From a virus (taxonomy: Duplodnaviria > Caudoviricetes): a stretch of DNA of 39,604 nt. Position numbers and translations under genes: made by a program. Location: positions 1 to 39,604 of the IMG/VR virus record IMGVR_UViG_3300044277_000005. One strand, written 5' to 3'. Below the pieces are notes generated by a model. That model had not been told where the DNA came from. It saw only the letters and a program-made list of their open reading frames with translations, and made no database searches. Shown here in pieces: positions 25,541-33,622 of the stretch (the stretch's first letter is position 1; each line of letters opens with the position of its first letter).

Positions 25541-27863
25541 CGTCGTCCGCCATGTCCTTGTTTGCTTCGTCCTCGGCAGCAGCCAATGCGGCATCGCCCT
25601 TCTGCTTCGCGGTGATCTGCGCAATCACGATGCGCGAGTTGATTTCCTGCTCGGTCTTCCAGCGTTGGAATTCCAATTCCTGCGCACGCTCCTGCATGCG
25701 GTTGCTTTCCTTCAGTTGCGCCAGTTCCGACTCGTACTGCACTTTCAAGGCGTGCATCTGCGCCTCGACTTCCTGGCGCGCACGATCCGTCTGCATCTGC
25801 GCCTCGGACTGCACCTGGACCTCGTACTGTTTCAGTTGCGCTTCCATCGCGGCCTGCTCCTGCTTGGCTTGTGCGTCGAGTTGCGCCTGCTGCGCTTTCA
25901 GTTGCACATCGCGCTGGTGCTGCTGGTCCTGCAACTGCGCCTTCACGATGGCCGGGTCCTGCTGCGGCTGCTTCGGCGGCATTTTTGACGGATCGGTGAA
26001 GAACTCGTCGCCATTCTTGAAGCCCAGCGCGTTCGTTAGGCGCGCGCTCAGCTTGAAGGCGTTTTCCGGCGTGGCGTAGCCGATTTGCAGCGCCTCGACC
26101 TGCTTCTGGCCCAGCATCATCAGGTGATTGACTAACTGGTCTTTGTTGCCGGTGCCGAGTCCAACATTGATGTTCAGGGCAAAGTGGTTGGTCCACTCGC
26201 GCGGATCGACGTTGACCCACTCGCCGCCGATCTTGACCATCTCCGCCTTGCGCTGGTATTTACTGACCAGTTTCAGGATCATGTAGCCAAGCTCGGACCA
26301 TCCCGTTTCCGCCATGAAGCGCGAGATGGATTCGACGCGCATGTCGGCGCGGTTGGTGATGATGTTCGCTTGCGTCGCGGTCTGCTGGAGCTGGTTGCCG
26401 TTGCCGCCCTGGGTCTGGCGGGTCCAACCGGTCGCTTCTTCCGACTCGATCTGGAAACGGTCCATCAGCGCCATGGCGCCGGCAGTGTCGCCGATGCCCT
26501 GATCCAAGCGGCCAACGTCGCCAGGACCATCCACGCGCACCACGCCGCCAGGGCGGCTGCTCAGGAGATCGTCCAGATTGACGCGGCCCTTCACGGCGAA
26601 ATAGCGCCCGTTGACCTGCAAATAAATGTTGTCGAGTTGGGCGCGGGTCAGGCTGGTCTTGATCTTCTGGTGCTCGATTGCCAGGTCAGCAGGGCAAAGG
26701 CCGTAGAACTGGTGCGGCATCGGGATCGAGCCAAGATCCACAAACGGCGGGGCGTCGAATTCGACATTTTCCAGCACCTCGGCGCCGCATTTGACCACCT
26801 TGCGCCACTCGGGGATGCCGTCGCCATCGAAGTCCACTTGCACGTAGGATTCGACCACCCACACTTCGCGCATGGATTCGTCCGGCGTGGCATTGTCCAC
26901 GAAGGTAGACGCCACATCGTCGTCCACCCATTCCATGCGCTGGGTGCGCTCCAGGCTCTGCTCTGCCCCGGCATCGTCGGATGGCAGCGTGTCGGGCAGG
27001 GTATAGCCCGCCTGCTCAAGCTGGGCAATCGTGCGCTTGAAGCGGTGCGCGACGAAGGGCGAATCCTTGATGGACTTCGCCTTCTTGCTGATGAGGAATT
27101 CTTCGGGCGGCACGTTCTCGATGCGGACCCGGCCACCCGTTTTTACGCGCTTGACCACCACATCGTAGAGTTCGGGGACCGGCTGCGCCTGCATCGCGGC
27201 GAACTGCTGTGCGGCTTGCTGGTATGCTTGCGCGGCTTGCGGATCGGTTTGCGCGGCCTGTGCCATCTGGCTCAGTTGCTGTTGCGCCTGCTCCAGCGCC
27301 TTTTCCTTCTGGCGCGCGGCGTCCTCGTCCTCATACGCCTTCTGCTCGACAATCTCCACTTCGTGGTCGTCCAGCAGCAGCGTCACCTGCTCGATGGTCT
27401 GGCCGGTGTATTCCTCGCGCGTTTCCACGTCCGAGTTGTCCCACCAGACCTTGATGATGCCCTTCTTGATCGTCAGCGCCTCACGAATCCATGTGGCGGC
27501 GATCTGATAACCCGGATTGCTGTTGCGGAAGATATGGTTGACGTAGGCCGAGATGAGTTTCGCCTTCGGCTCGTCGCCTGGCTTCGTTTCCTCAAACTCG
27601 AACACGTTGTCCGAGCCGTAGAAGGTTTTCAACAGCGGGCCTTCCATGCCGAGCACGGTATTGCGCACGGTGGTATCGACCACGCGCGAGCGGCCATCGA
27701 TCTCGGGCGGCGCCAGTTCTTCCTTGGCCTCGGCCATGAAATAGTACATCGCGCGGCGGCGCTGCTGCTCCAGCTTGCCGTCGCCATAGCCGAATGACTG
27801 CCTCATCTCGTTGTCGATGAGGACAGCCAAGTCCTGTTCAGTCAGTCGTTTCTTGTCGGCCAT
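25527..27863 (-). CDS. Portal protein
   Basis: 778 aa after TerL; GRS.VV...VR.TV, KKGIIKVWW, ENVPPEEFLI, long C-terminal coiled coil (podoviral barrel). Confidence 0.92.
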   Translation of the reverse strand: MADKKRLTEQDLAVLIDNEMRQSFGYGDGKLEQQRRRAMYYFMAEAKEELAPPEIDGRSRVVDTTVRNTVLGMEGPLLKTFYGSDNVFEFEETKPGDEPKAKLISAYVNHIFRNSNPGYQIAATWIREALTIKKGIIKVWWDNSDVETREEYTGQTIEQVTLLLDDHEVEIVEQKAYEDEDAARQKEKALEQAQQQLSQMAQAAQTDPQAAQAYQQAAQQFAAMQAQPVPELYDVVVKRVKTGGRVRIENVPPEEFLISKKAKSIKDSPFVAHRFKRTIAQLEQAGYTLPDTLPSDDAGAEQSLERTQRMEWVDDDVASTFVDNATPDESMREVWVVESYVQVDFDGDGIPEWRKVVKCGAEVLENVEFDAPPFVDLGSIPMPHQFYGLCPADLAIEHQKIKTSLTRAQLDNIYLQVNGRYFAVKGRVNLDDLLSSRPGGVVRVDGPGDVGRLDQGIGDTAGAMALMDRFQIESEEATGWTRQTQGGNGNQLQQTATQANIITNRADMRVESISRFMAETGWSELGYMILKLVSKYQRKAEMVKIGGEWVNVDPREWTNHFALNINVGLGTGNKDQLVNHLMMLGQKQVEALQIGYATPENAFKLSARLTNALGFKNGDEFFTDPSKMPPKQPQQDPAIVKAQLQDQQHQRDVQLKAQQAQLDAQAKQEQAAMEAQLKQYEVQVQSEAQMQTDRARQEVEAQMHALKVQYESELAQLKESNRMQERAQELEFQRWKTEQEINSRIVIAQITAKQKGDAALAAAEDEANKDMADDDGDA

Positions 27864-27945
27864 TTTCTGTGCGGCGCTTCACAGCGGACGCATCCATGCG
27901 ATTGGTTGGGATTATATTACGATTCGGCAATCTTGCTGTAAAAAA

Positions 27946-29217
27946 TTACGCATAGTTCAATTTGCCGTATGACAGGTTTTCGCCCCACTCGTCATTGCTG
28001 AGCTGGTCGGCAACAATCGCCATGTAGCGGAAAGCATCAGCGCCATGTGAATACTGGTCGTGCAGAGGCGTGGCGCCCTGCCCGGTCTTCTGGCTGATAT
28101 TCCAGCGGTAACGCTTCAAACACTCGACCAGGCGGGCGGCGCGCTCCTTGTGGAAGTACACGCGCGGGAAGACTTCGCGGGCGCGGTCGATGCCGGTATT
28201 CACGGTCATATTCGGGATCTGCACAACGTCCCAGCCAAGGCCGCGCAGCACGGTGGCGTCATCCTTGCCGGTCTGGTGGCGCGTGTGAAAGCCATCGTGT
28301 GGTAGGTACAGTTTGCCCCAATTCATCGGCTGGTCATCCAGGCGCAAGTCCTTGAGTTCGCGGCTGTAGTCGGCCAGGATACGCTGCGTTCCCTCGATGT
28401 AATGGATGACGCGGAGTTCAGAGGCGACTTTCTGCACCAAGATCAAGGTCATGGCGTCGGCCATACCCAAGTCGAAGATGACATGCGTTTTCAGGCTGGC
28501 ATCGTGCGGCACTTCACGGATGCGGCCCGCTGCGGTCGTCGCGCTCATCGCCTCAAAATAGATTGCGCCCTCGACAGCCGGCTTGCAGCGACCTTCCCAC
28601 ACATGGTCATAATCCGCCTGTGCCATTGTTGCCTTGGCGTGCAGTCGCTCCTGCTCCAGCACAGCGGGGAACCAGGGATTGTCTGACCAGTTCATCAGCA
28701 CCGACACGCAATCGGGCGGCGGATTGGTTACGAATCGCTCATGCGTCGGGTCGGTTTCAAGTTCCGGGTTATACGTTACCCAAATCTCGGAGCCTTCCTT
28801 TCGGATCGTCGGCACCAGTGTCTTCCATGACTTCTCGCTGATCGCCTGTGCTTCCTCGCACCAGACAATATCGACACCCTCGAAGGACTTCAATGCGGTG
28901 GCGGTCACATCGGACAGGCCGGAGAAGTAAAACGTCGAGCCGTTCTTGCAACGGATTTCGGTGTTGAGAATCTCAAACTCAGTCGCCAAACCCATCGAGC
29001 TAATTTGATCGCTCAAGAGTTGGTGCACAGATTGCTGGATCGACTTCTGGATTTCTCGCGTGCAAAGGATGCGAGTTGTGCTGGACAGGGCGCGGATAAT
29101 CAGCGCGCGGGCAAAGCTCCATGACTTGCCAGAGCCGCGACCGCCTCGCGCCACCTTGTAGCGGTGTGGCTCAAACAGGAAGTGCAGCTTCTCCGGGAAT
29201 TCGATGTTGAGGTTCAT
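27946..29217 (-). CDS. terL: Terminase large subunit (PBSX-family-like)
   Basis: Walker A GGRGSGKS, Walker B WCEEAQ, TYNP, nuclease DLG and HGADAFRY. Confidence 0.95.
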   Translation of the reverse strand: MNLNIEFPEKLHFLFEPHRYKVARGGRGSGKSWSFARALIIRALSSTTRILCTREIQKSIQQSVHQLLSDQISSMGLATEFEILNTEIRCKNGSTFYFSGLSDVTATALKSFEGVDIVWCEEAQAISEKSWKTLVPTIRKEGSEIWVTYNPELETDPTHERFVTNPPPDCVSVLMNWSDNPWFPAVLEQERLHAKATMAQADYDHVWEGRCKPAVEGAIYFEAMSATTAAGRIREVPHDASLKTHVIFDLGMADAMTLILVQKVASELRVIHYIEGTQRILADYSRELKDLRLDDQPMNWGKLYLPHDGFHTRHQTGKDDATVLRGLGWDVVQIPNMTVNTGIDRAREVFPRVYFHKERAARLVECLKRYRWNISQKTGQGATPLHDQYSHGADAFRYMAIVADQLSNDEWGENLSYGKLNYA

Positions 29218-29516
29218 GCCTTGGGCGCCACCAGCGTGACCGTAATACCGCTCACCAGATGCTCACCATTCGGGCCGGCGCCGCTCACTTGCAATGGCAA
29301 CAGCTTCGGGTAGATGGTTCCCCAAAACACGCGCTCGTTGAGTTTATCTTCCTTTACCCACTCGACCATACGCGCCGCGCCGCCAAGTTCGGCAGCAGCG
29401 GCGGCAATCGCATCCTTGGCTGCTTGTGTGGTTTTGTTGGGAACGCCCTTGGGCCTGCCCGGTGAGATTGGCATGGCCTTCTTGGCCTTAGTTGCCCTTT
29501 GTTTATCGTCTGACAT
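29214..29516 (-). CDS. Terminase small subunit (putative)
   Basis: GRPKG.PNK.T motif, ATGA-coupled to terL. Confidence 0.75.
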   Translation of the reverse strand: MSDDKQRATKAKKAMPISPGRPKGVPNKTTQAAKDAIAAAAAELGGAARMVEWVKEDKLNERVFWGTIYPKLLPLQVSGAGPNGEHLVSGITVTLVAPKA

Positions 29517-29590
29517 CGTTGTTCTGGATTCCGTTTGCTACGGATTGTCCAGCCTCGTTTCGATGAAGCAATCATAACACAATGCAACAT

Positions 29591-29623
29591 AAAAAAATCC
29601 CGCACCTTTTAAGGGGAGCGGGA
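29591..29623 (-). terminator. Intrinsic terminator upstream of the terminase genes
   Basis: TCCCGC...GCGGGA hairpin followed by T7 on the minus strand. Confidence 0.8.
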
Positions 29624-29664
29624 CAAGCCTTGTAGCATACGAGACAGGGGAGACAGGTACTTAC
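29591..29664 (-). ncRNA. Predicted ~74-nt small RNA with tandem CCUGUCUC motif
   Basis: Bounded by its own sigma70 promoter and terminator; no plausible ORF; 5' end estimated from the -10 position. Confidence 0.55.
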
Positions 29665-29670
29665 AGGATC

Positions 29671-29699
29671 ATTCTGTATTGAAACGTTCAGCAGGTCAA
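29671..29699 (-). promoter_or_regulatory. Sigma70-type promoter
   Basis: TTGACC(29699-29694)-17 bp-CAGAAT(29676-29671). Confidence 0.7.
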
Positions 29700-29702
29700 C
29701 AG

Positions 29703-29843
29703 TTATTTCTGCTGGTCCTTTGGTAGCGGAGGCGGCACGTATCGCTCCTTTGGCTTTGGTGCGCCGAAGATGCGGTCGTGGTTCGATTCGTACACCTCGC
29801 GCGGTACGTCGAAGGGGCGCGGATTCGACCCCTTCCCGCTCAT
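29703..29843 (-). CDS. Small conserved phage protein
   Basis: MSGKGS.PRP..V....Y..N.DRIFG; ATGA-coupled. Confidence 0.7.
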   Translation of the reverse strand: MSGKGSNPRPFDVPREVYESNHDRIFGAPKPKERYVPPPLPKDQQK

Positions 29844-30247
29844 GCCCGCACCTTGATGACCATGCCGGGGCGGTATGGCTCGCCGAACATGCTGCAAAAC
29901 GCCTGTTGCGCGGCTTTCAGTTCGGCGCTCACCTTGTTGAATTCTTCGCGGGTCACTACCTGGCCGTTGTCGATGGCGTGGCGCAGAACCGCGTTAAGAA
30001 AATCAAGCAGCGGCCCACCCCCGACAGGGTTCTGCACCATCGAACGCCACTCTTTATCCAGATCATCAGGGAAGCTAATGAATGATGGATACTCTCGTGC
30101 AGGCTTTACCCGATACTGGTAATCCGCCACGAAGGCCGGGTCGGGCGCGTCGGTCCATTCCATGCCGTCATCCTTGCGGTACTGAATCTCGGCGCCATTG
30201 GCCCACGCGATTATCAGCTCGGCGTGCGGTCGCGGTTTCTTTTCCAC
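29840..30247 (-). CDS. Hypothetical protein
   Basis: HAELI.AWA.GAEIQY......W.....P.F....YRVKP module; GTG start with GGGGAG RBS. Confidence 0.7.
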   Translation of the reverse strand: MEKKPRPHAELIIAWANGAEIQYRKDDGMEWTDAPDPAFVADYQYRVKPAREYPSFISFPDDLDKEWRSMVQNPVGGGPLLDFLNAVLRHAIDNGQVVTREEFNKVSAELKAAQQAFCSMFGEPYRPGMVIKVRA

Positions 30248-30459
30248 TACTCCCCCTTGTTGGTTAGTTGTTCCATCAGCTTGAGTACCAGCCGCTTTCT
30301 GTGCTCGCGGTCCCTGGCTGGCTGATACAGGACCGTGGCTGGCGCGTTCCATGCCCGCACCGTGTTGTAATCAGGACACAGGCCCGGTTGCCCTGTTTCC
30401 AGCGCCTCAATCGGATACTTGCGGCATGAGGCGCATAGGGTCGTTCTCGTGTTGTCCAT
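30247..30459 (-). CDS. Small Cys-containing hypothetical protein
   Basis: CASC...G.C; AGGAG RBS; fits the operon. Confidence 0.6.
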   Translation of the reverse strand: MDNTRTTLCASCRKYPIEALETGQPGLCPDYNTVRAWNAPATVLYQPARDREHRKRLVLKLMEQLTNKGE

Positions 30460-30467
30460 TCAAGCTC

Positions 30468-30761
30468 CTAATATATCGCGCCAGTTGGTTCGCGGCAAGA
30501 ACTTTCGATTGCGCAATCCTTCTGGCGTGGATCGGGTAGCACGTAAATGAAGCCATCGTCGCAATCCGGCAGGCCACCGGCAACAGCACGTTGCGCGGCG
30601 GCGTGGCAGGTTCTGGCCCATTGCCCCTGAAAGGCGCAGCCCTCGCAAGCGGCATCACTACCAGCTTTCTTGCTCCTGGCAGGCTCGACGCGATAGACCA
30701 TTGTGGACGGGTCGAGGACCGATTCGTCGCGCGGGCCTCGGAATTCGTCTATGCTGCGCAT
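30468..30761 (-). CDS. Hypothetical Cys-rich protein
   Basis: CEGCAF....C...C; fits the operon. Confidence 0.55.
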   Translation of the reverse strand: MRSIDEFRGPRDESVLDPSTMVYRVEPARSKKAGSDAACEGCAFQGQWARTCHAAAQRAVAGGLPDCDDGFIYVLPDPRQKDCAIESSCREPTGAIY

Positions 30762-30764
30762 CCG

Positions 30765-31439
30765 TTAGCTCCCGCCCATGTTCAGGGTCAACATCAAGTC
30801 CTTGAGGCGCTGGACGTTCTCCGGCTTGGGACCAGCCAGCAGAGGATGCTTTGTCACGCCGCACTGGCGCACGATGTCGGGGCCAAACTCCGGCAGGCTG
30901 TCCACGGCAGCATTCAGGCCGATCTGCCCCTTGCGCACGGCGTCGGCCAGCATGACGACGCGGCTTGACGGTTCCGTGCCGAACGAGGGGAAGTAGCGCG
31001 GCGAGCGCCCTTCCGCCTTGGCCCGCTCTACCAGGCGCGTATAGCAGTCCTTGAACGCCATCCGAGCTGCTACCTTGTCCCGCGCTTCCAGTAGCGGCGT
31101 GGCGGCGGCAATCGCTTGGGCAATCTCGTCGGTCAGCATGGCGGAATCGCTTTCCGACTTCGGCATCAAGGCCCACGCTTCATCGGCGCCGAGCCATTGG
31201 TTGTCCGAATCGCGCTGGAGAATCCGCACGATGTCCGCGATCTTCGGCATGAACTGGCCGTTGTCCGTGTTCTGCGTGTGCGCCCACATGGCTTTTTCCA
31301 CGGCTTCAAAGTCGTGGCGCTTCAAGCCCTCCCAATACAGCGCCATCACGGCCTTGCTGATTTCCTGCCGATAGTAGTCCGACAGGCCCGTCATCAGGGA
31401 AGCAAAGCGGCGTTTTTCGTCCAGTGTGTCGTGCATCAC
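30765..31439 (-). CDS. Putative helicase loader (lambda P/G39P-analogous replication protein)
   Basis: LYW..L..HD...V..A...H......FMP..ADI.....ADEAW; coupled to the initiator-like gene. Confidence 0.6.
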   Translation of the reverse strand: MMHDTLDEKRRFASLMTGLSDYYRQEISKAVMALYWEGLKRHDFEAVEKAMWAHTQNTDNGQFMPKIADIVRILQRDSDNQWLGADEAWALMPKSESDSAMLTDEIAQAIAAATPLLEARDKVAARMAFKDCYTRLVERAKAEGRSPRYFPSFGTEPSSRVVMLADAVRKGQIGLNAAVDSLPEFGPDIVRQCGVTKHPLLAGPKPENVQRLKDLMLTLNMGGS

Positions 31440-31744
31440 ATGCCCTCCAGCCAGTCCTGCGCGTTATTGGCGGTCGCCTGCCCGAACTTCCCCAGGCTCG
31501 GGTACACCGTGCGCTGGTTCGGGCGAGCCTCGGCGCGGCGTTCGCGCACCTCAAACAGCCCTTGCCAGCTATTCATGGTCGATTGATCCAGCACGGCGCC
31601 GATGTTCTGGCCGGCGTCCCGGTATTTTTCCAGCGTGCCGATTGCCAGCATCACGGCGCGATCAGTCATCGGCTTCTTGATCTTCTTGCGCATGTCCACA
31701 TAGCCAGCCCATGCGTCAGCAGGTATCCACGATGGAATATTCAC
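31436..31744 (-). CDS. Stand-alone C-terminal domain of a lambda-O-like replication initiator
   Basis: P.WIP..AW..YV.MRK..KKP.T..A.......L............LDQS..NSWQGLF; GTG start overlapping the ant stop; no N-terminal DNA-binding domain. Confidence 0.65.
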   Translation of the reverse strand: MNIPSWIPADAWAGYVDMRKKIKKPMTDRAVMLAIGTLEKYRDAGQNIGAVLDQSTMNSWQGLFEVRERRAEARPNQRTVYPSLGKFGQATANNAQDWLEGM

Positions 31745-32433
31745 AGTTCCCCCTGAATCTGATGTTTTGCCCACTCGCCCGCCACCCACGTAACGCCCTT
31801 TGGCGTGAAGCGGGCGCTGTTAAAGGCATGTCCACTATCGGCGGTGCCGGCACGGACCACAAAGCGGCCAGCGTCGATATGCTCAGAATACGGCACCCAC
31901 TCGCCGCCGAGCTTGTACATGACTTTCTGTTCGCTCAGGAATTCGCGGAACTCTGCCTCATTCGCCTTGAGAAGCTTGCAGACCTGGCGGAAGCCCTTGG
32001 TGCCGGTGCTATCGACGTACCGCTCGACAAAAGCGCGGGCAGGCGCGGCGAGGGCGAGTTCTGCCGCCTGATGCTCGATTACCTCAGCCTGTTCGGCAGC
32101 AAGGCGCAGGGCGCCAGAAAGCGTAGAGGGAATGGCGAACGCAGGTGTAGCAACGCCAGACTCCAGCGCCTGCCAGCGATCCACCAAGCGCGCGGTGAAT
32201 TCCGGCGATAGCTGGGCCACGATCACATACGAGTCACGCTTGCCAATTCGGTATTCTTGCGCGGGCCGGCCAAGCGCATCAAGGTACTCCGCCATTGGCG
32301 GAAGACCGATGACGCCCCTGTCTGCCAGCCGTTTGATCGACCGTTTTACGTCATCGTGCCGGGACTCGACCAGTTCGGCAATTTCCCGGCTGGTCATTGT
32401 TTGGCCGCTTTGGGCCGTTACCATCATATTCAT
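31741..32433 (-). CDS. Antirepressor: Rha-type N-terminal domain plus Ant/KilAC C-terminal domain
   Basis: MTSREIAELV..RH..V.RSI, AQLSPEFTARLVDRWQ.LE, P.T...AL.LAA, TPKG..W; GTGGAGG RBS. Confidence 0.9.
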   Translation of the reverse strand: MNMMVTAQSGQTMTSREIAELVESRHDDVKRSIKRLADRGVIGLPPMAEYLDALGRPAQEYRIGKRDSYVIVAQLSPEFTARLVDRWQALESGVATPAFAIPSTLSGALRLAAEQAEVIEHQAAELALAAPARAFVERYVDSTGTKGFRQVCKLLKANEAEFREFLSEQKVMYKLGGEWVPYSEHIDAGRFVVRAGTADSGHAFNSARFTPKGVTWVAGEWAKHQIQGEL

Positions 32434-32711
32434 ACTTCTATCCTCCACTAGAGTTTGAATTAATTCCACCCAAACGCCCCCTAACCCCAGAGACTATGGA
32501 GTGAGAGAGGTTGAGCGCCACCCCCTTACGGGATTCCTGTCAGCTAACGGTTTCACCGTTACGCCCTCGGCTACAGGATTGTCGCCAGCCGGAGGATTAT
32601 GGGAATTGCACCCTGAGCGTTGCCGCTCTACCTCTACTCTGTTCTTCCAAGCCGCCGAGCTGTGCGCCTGCTGTCGTGTGGAGTACGGTCGATGTGGAGC
32701 CAAAAACAAAA

Positions 32712-32798
32712 AAGCCGCTTGGGTTTTCTGCACTTCAATACTTGTGGAGGCAAGTATGGGGATGACATCCCCTAGAAGTGCAGAAACCGAAGCGGCTT
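32712..32798 (-). ncRNA. C4-like antisense RNA
   Basis: Long basal stem, three-way junction with hairpins GGGGATGTCATCCCC and ATACTTG-CCTCCA-CAAGTAT, followed by a U-tract; loops complementary to an upstream site and to the ant RBS. Confidence 0.75.
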
Positions 32799-32899
32799 CT
32801 ACTCTGTCAACGCCTCCACATCGACAGGACTATTATTGTCCAGAATCAATGTGGGGCGCAAGAATTATTTTGCCCCACTTGATCCGAACATGGCGCACG

Positions 32900-33060
32900 A
32901 TTGACGCGCATACCACACGTCAGTGACGCGTCACTCACGCGTCATCAACGGTCGTTCAACGGAAAGGCAACGACCGTTCAACGAACGTTGAGCATCCGTT
33001 GAACGACCGTTAGATTGCTTGACGACGCGCAACAGAAGAATATCCGTGACGCGTCACGCA
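32900..33060. repeat. Non-coding cluster of palindromes and iteron-like repeats (possible origin)
   Basis: GTGACGCGTCAC at 32923-32934 and 33046-33057; 17-bp inverted repeat AACGGTCGTTCAACGGA (32947-32963)/(32995-33011); further CGTTCAACG and TGACGCG copies. Confidence 0.7.
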
Positions 33061-33062
33061 AA

Positions 33063-33413
33063 CTAAAACGGCTCGTACACCGTCACGCCGGCCTGTCGCG
33101 CCTGCTTCATCATGTCAGCAGTTCCATCGTTGCCCGGGAAGGCCACCACGCCATCAGGTTTGTGCTTCAGCATCAGGCCGTTGCGGCGCGGGCCGGCACC
33201 TCGGCCATACTTGTCCCAGTCCGCCTTGGTGACTTCTTCTGTCACGTAGGGAATACGGTGCTCGATGGCCCAGCTCCGCGCCAGGCGATCCGCCCCCATT
33301 GCCCCGCCCTCGATGATGAGCGTAATCGGGCGCTTGGCGTGGATCGTGTCGAGCACATGGCGGACAGCAAAGTAGTTGCCGTACTTCCTGCCGCCACAGA
33401 CGATGAGTTTCAT
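33063..33413 (-). CDS. SLOG-superfamily protein (DUF2493/YspA-like)
   Basis: LIVCGGR.Y, IIEGGA.GAD.LA, W..YGR.AGP.RN..ML, VVAFPG..GT..M. Confidence 0.85.
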   Translation of the reverse strand: MKLIVCGGRKYGNYFAVRHVLDTIHAKRPITLIIEGGAMGADRLARSWAIEHRIPYVTEEVTKADWDKYGRGAGPRRNGLMLKHKPDGVVAFPGNDGTADMMKQARQAGVTVYEPF

Positions 33414-33610
33414 GATGCTTCCCCGATGCGCGCCAGGCCGCGAAGCTGGGTGAGTGTCTGCAGGGTCGAGCTGGCAGTCGCCAGAATCTGCATGCCCCTG
33501 GCTTCGCTGAGGCGTCCGGCCTCGACCTGCAAGGGGATGGACTTCCTCATGTACTTCACATGGCGCTCCATGTATTCGATTTGCTGGTCGAGTGTTGCTG
33601 TCGTGCTCAT
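33410..33610 (-). CDS. Small hypothetical protein
   Basis: AAGGAG RBS; L..QI....R....R...P..V..GR.S pattern. Confidence 0.7.
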   Translation of the reverse strand: MSTTATLDQQIEYMERHVKYMRKSIPLQVEAGRLSEARGMQILATASSTLQTLTQLRGLARIGEAS

Positions 33611-33622
33611 GCTGTCTCCTTG

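Noticed and set aside
8472-27797. Long + strand ORFs (e.g. 10262-12091, 12140-13366, 14071-15708, 21576-22988, 26184-27797)
   Set aside because: Antisense shadows of GC-rich structural genes, with no RBS or recognisable motifs
32600-32614. tRNA suggested by a T-arm-like GGGTGCAATTCCC
   Set aside because: No acceptor stem, D arm or anticodon arm could be built around it
32494-32733. Icd/Ash-like ORF between the C4-like RNA and ant
   Set aside because: The position fits, but the GTG start lies inside the RNA stem with no RBS and no recognisable motif; left uncalled, not excluded
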